From: Elsinoe ampelina
Taxonomy: Eukaryota
DNA length: 64,000 nt
NCBI GenBank assembly: GCA_010093995.1
Contig: ML992503.1
Span: forward strand, 983,234-1,047,233
Direction of reading: 5' to 3'
Shown here: piece by piece, positions 61,131 through 64,000 of the stretch
Position numbering within the stretch: the stretch's first letter is position 1
Layout: every line of letters starts with the position of its first letter
Notes under the pieces: model-generated
Told to the model about the DNA's origin: nothing
Seen by the model: only the letters and a program-made list of their open reading frames with translations
Database searches by the model: none
Program-made: the position numbers and the translations under genes

Positions 61131-62452
61131 TCATGTCAACCCCAGCCTCACAAGCAGGAATCCTCCCAGAACTGCTGACGCCAGCAATGGCTGCATCCGG
61201 ATCCTACTCCCCTCCCCCTTCTGATCCGGATCACTATCCCCCTCAGTCCACCCCGTTCTGTTCCCAACAAACGGCGTCCTCCCCGTCTCATTCGCACCTG
61301 CTCCCAGCGGACTAATCCCTTTCTCCCAGTCCGGCTCCTTCACCTCGCACATCTCTCCCACTCCCGGCACACAATTGCCCTCAAACACCCTCGTCCTCCC
61401 TTCATCGCTCGAATTGAAATACGCCTTGACGTAGCTCACCGTCACCACGCTGTCCCTCTCAGGCGGACCGCCACTCCATTTCTCATCTCCATTACTCCAG
61501 TGGTTGAGGATCAGGTGTCCTGGTTCACGCGGGATGACGCTCGTGTTCGTGACGGTCCAGAGCGGTTGGCCGTCGGCGTAGAAAGTGACACTGTCGGGTA
61601 GCCAGTCGATGCGGTATTCGTGATAAGATGACGAGGGGTCGAAAGGCAGAGGGTGGACCTTGAAGAAAGGTGTAGTAGAGGCGTCGAAACCGCGGGAGGC
61701 TGAAAGAGGGGTCTGGATGACGAGGTTGAGTGGGGCGGGAGAGGTGAGGTTTTCTGGTGTGAGCTGGCGGGAGAGGAATTCGAGGTCAAGCTCGGAGGTG
61801 TCGTTGCGATACTAGCTCAATTAGTAGAGAGCAAAGAGGGGGGCGAAGCGAAGTGTTACCCAGAAGAAGGCGGCGCATGTGCCTGGGGTGCTGCTCATTT
61901 TGATGCCGACGCGAAAGGACCCGTAGAGCATATCGTCTCGGAGGACGGCTATCTCGCTGGTGCGTACGGAGAGGTCATCGCCGGTGAGGATGAGATTGTT
62001 CTTGTCGCGGGCCCAAAGCTGAAGCCCAGGATCTCCCCCATTGACGCCGTCGCCGCCCCAGTCGTACTCGTTGCGAATAGGGTTGACGATCACATTCTCT
62101 ACCTGCGCTGCTTTGCCGTATGGTCCTCGAGCGTCGGCAGCAGAGACATTGAATGCTTGAGCTTGCCAGCCGAAAGTTTCGATGCGCTCAGTATTGGAAG
62201 TGGTGTAGTTGGGTAGGGCGTAAACATGTAGAAAGTCTGTCTCGATAGCTTCGGTAAAGATCTGTTGCGAGGACTGTGACGTGCCGATGCCAGGTGATGT
62301 GGACATTGGAACGGAGTAGCCACAATCGCATGCAGAGTATGCTATATACTGTCAGAGCATGTGATACTCACGTGCCAGGAGCCGATGATACCTTTGGCGG
62401 CGAGACTGATTAGCAGTGAGCACTGCCACGCCAGCGAGGTAATGACCCGCAT
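61131..62452 (-). CDS. Glycoside hydrolase family 16 protein, secreted, probably GPI-anchored
   Basis: Signal peptide, then ACDCGYS, DMLYGSFRV, the catalytic ExDxE motif SELDLEFLS, HEYRIDW and NHWSNGD..WSGGPP. Two introns; hydrophobic C-terminus. Confidence 0.9.
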
Positions 62453-62945
62453 AGTGGGTGTCAAGTAGTACCCGGAGGTAGTCGAAGCGAAGTCGTCAAG
62501 AGGTATTACGGGAGGTGTGGGTTCTGAGTACAAGGATGTCGGTTTCTGCCCCTCTCATGCAACCTGGCACCTCCCACGTTTGTTCGGCTTCCCGACGACC
62601 TCAAATCTCTTATCTTTGCAACCTGGACAGACGGGACAAGGGTTCACACGTCAAATTGAGCTTTCACCTACAAAAATCTGTGTGGGTTACACGGCATATG
62701 CGCCCATCCCTGCGTCCAAGCGCCCGACCCCTTGCATCTCGTCAAACAATTGATCCAAGATCCCTGTCAGTTCTTTTCCATGGCGCCTCGATAGCTCCGT
62801 TCCTCCTTGGCTCCGAATGCAAAATGACCCTCCTCTGATTCCTTGATAGTGTCGTCTCTCATAAGTCGAACATGAATGGCTGTGTGGTATGGTCGTAAAA
62901 AGGTTGTGAGGGCAATGAGGTTGATGTTGAGCGTATGTGCAAAGC

Positions 62946-64000
62946 TCACAGGAAGCCAGATTCGGACAGTAGTCTGGAATCATCAGCCTATGGCATGCAT
63001 GATCTACTCGCAATATTACTTACCGTGCAATCTTTTCGTCTTCTCGCTCTCTAGGCTCGACCTGCAGACTCCGCTCGTACATCTCGTGAACGTCTCCGGC
63101 GCTCTGCATGTTACGTAGAATGTAGTCTTGGAGCTCCTGTACGGGTTGAAGCGCATAGGGTACGTTTTGATATTGTTGAATGTCCCGAATGACCTCTGCT
63201 GTCTTCGCCCGCTTTGCAAAGTTGATGAGGTTGGTCTTCTTGATGATGGAAGGGATGCCGTCCTCGATGAAGGTGAGATCGGTCAAATAGACACCTGGTA
63301 TTGTCAGTCATTATCTTGTGGTCTACAGCCGATCAATCTTACCAAAGAAAGGAATGCAGGGAGGGTTGGCTTTGTGTAGTGTCTCGCGGTATTCCAAAAA
63401 GTTCTTGGTGCTACCCATAAGCTTTCGCATTCCCTCCAGTGTAGCCATTGTCTTCTGATTGACCTGTGCCCATGTCCGGGCAAGACGATGGATTGGTGCT
63501 GTCCCAAGAGCAGAGATGATGGAAGTGAGGGTGGAGAAATTGTTGAGTTGTCGGCACTTGTCGGCAATGGAGACAAAGTGCTTGATCACAATCTGCCTTC
63601 GTTTTACGTCCGCCTGTGTCAAAATCATTTGTGCGACCCAGTTTGTGAGTTGATTGCTATGCAAGATGAGTGACTTGACGTTTGGTGCCGGATCAGCTTC
63701 GTTTTCGTTCAGCTTCTTTTGCCATGTCTTGCTAAGACACTCTGTCGGTTTAATCTTGCAATACAATCTCGATTCGATGATGGTCAACTGTCTTGCAAAC
63801 TCCAAAGTATCAATGTCCAAGAATTTTAGCTTCTTGACATTTCGGGGAATGATGGGAGAAGGTGTAGACCCTGGATTGAGTGAGAGGACGAGACGCTTGC
63901 TTGCGGCATCTTGACCACGCATTCGCTGCTCGATTGCTGTCATGAGCGGGCCTGCGCCAGGTGTACTTGTTGATGCCACTGTTTCCTTGGCGAATGTGTA
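62946..64000 (-). CDS. CDC25: Ras guanine-nucleotide exchange factor Cdc25 (3' part; truncated by window edge)
   Basis: RasGEF domain EFARQLTIIE, LNNFSTLTSIISAL, PPCIPFFGVYLTDLTFIEDG and INFAKR. Final exon LLSESGFL*. Confidence 0.93.

Overview
Gene-dense eukaryotic DNA from a filamentous ascomycete (Pezizomycotina; Dothideomycete-like is only my impression). Introns are short GT-AG with CTRAY branch points. About 27 recognisable or likely genes are present. In order: SWD2, a microbial-type PARG/macrodomain protein, VPS16, UPRT, FEX fluoride channel, EHD3, mitochondrial EF-Tu, MKT1, a DHX57-like helicase, IRC22/TRAP-alpha, two orphan genes, a PFK2/FBPase2-like gene, TOM40, a heme-oxygenase-like gene, DPB11/Cut5, an alpha-arrestin, HEM3, a DUF7053-like gene, aprataxin, a DUF4211 gene, APC13, RPS29, G-beta, phosducin, a KRE1-like GPI protein, GH16, and the 3' end of a CDC25 RasGEF. 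Two signals stand out. (1) A hidden tandem array at ~5.1-10.3 kb holds three decayed paralogues of an unannotated gene family. Their conserved core has the motif order of a uracil-DNA-glycosylase-like fold (inference). (2) About 12 recurring ~0.4-1.2 kb islands read C-rich then G-rich regardless of gene orientation and override synonymous codon choice. I saw no rRNA, tRNA, CRISPR array or intact transposon. All calls come from reading the sequence by eye; no searches were run, and exon boundaries are manual.
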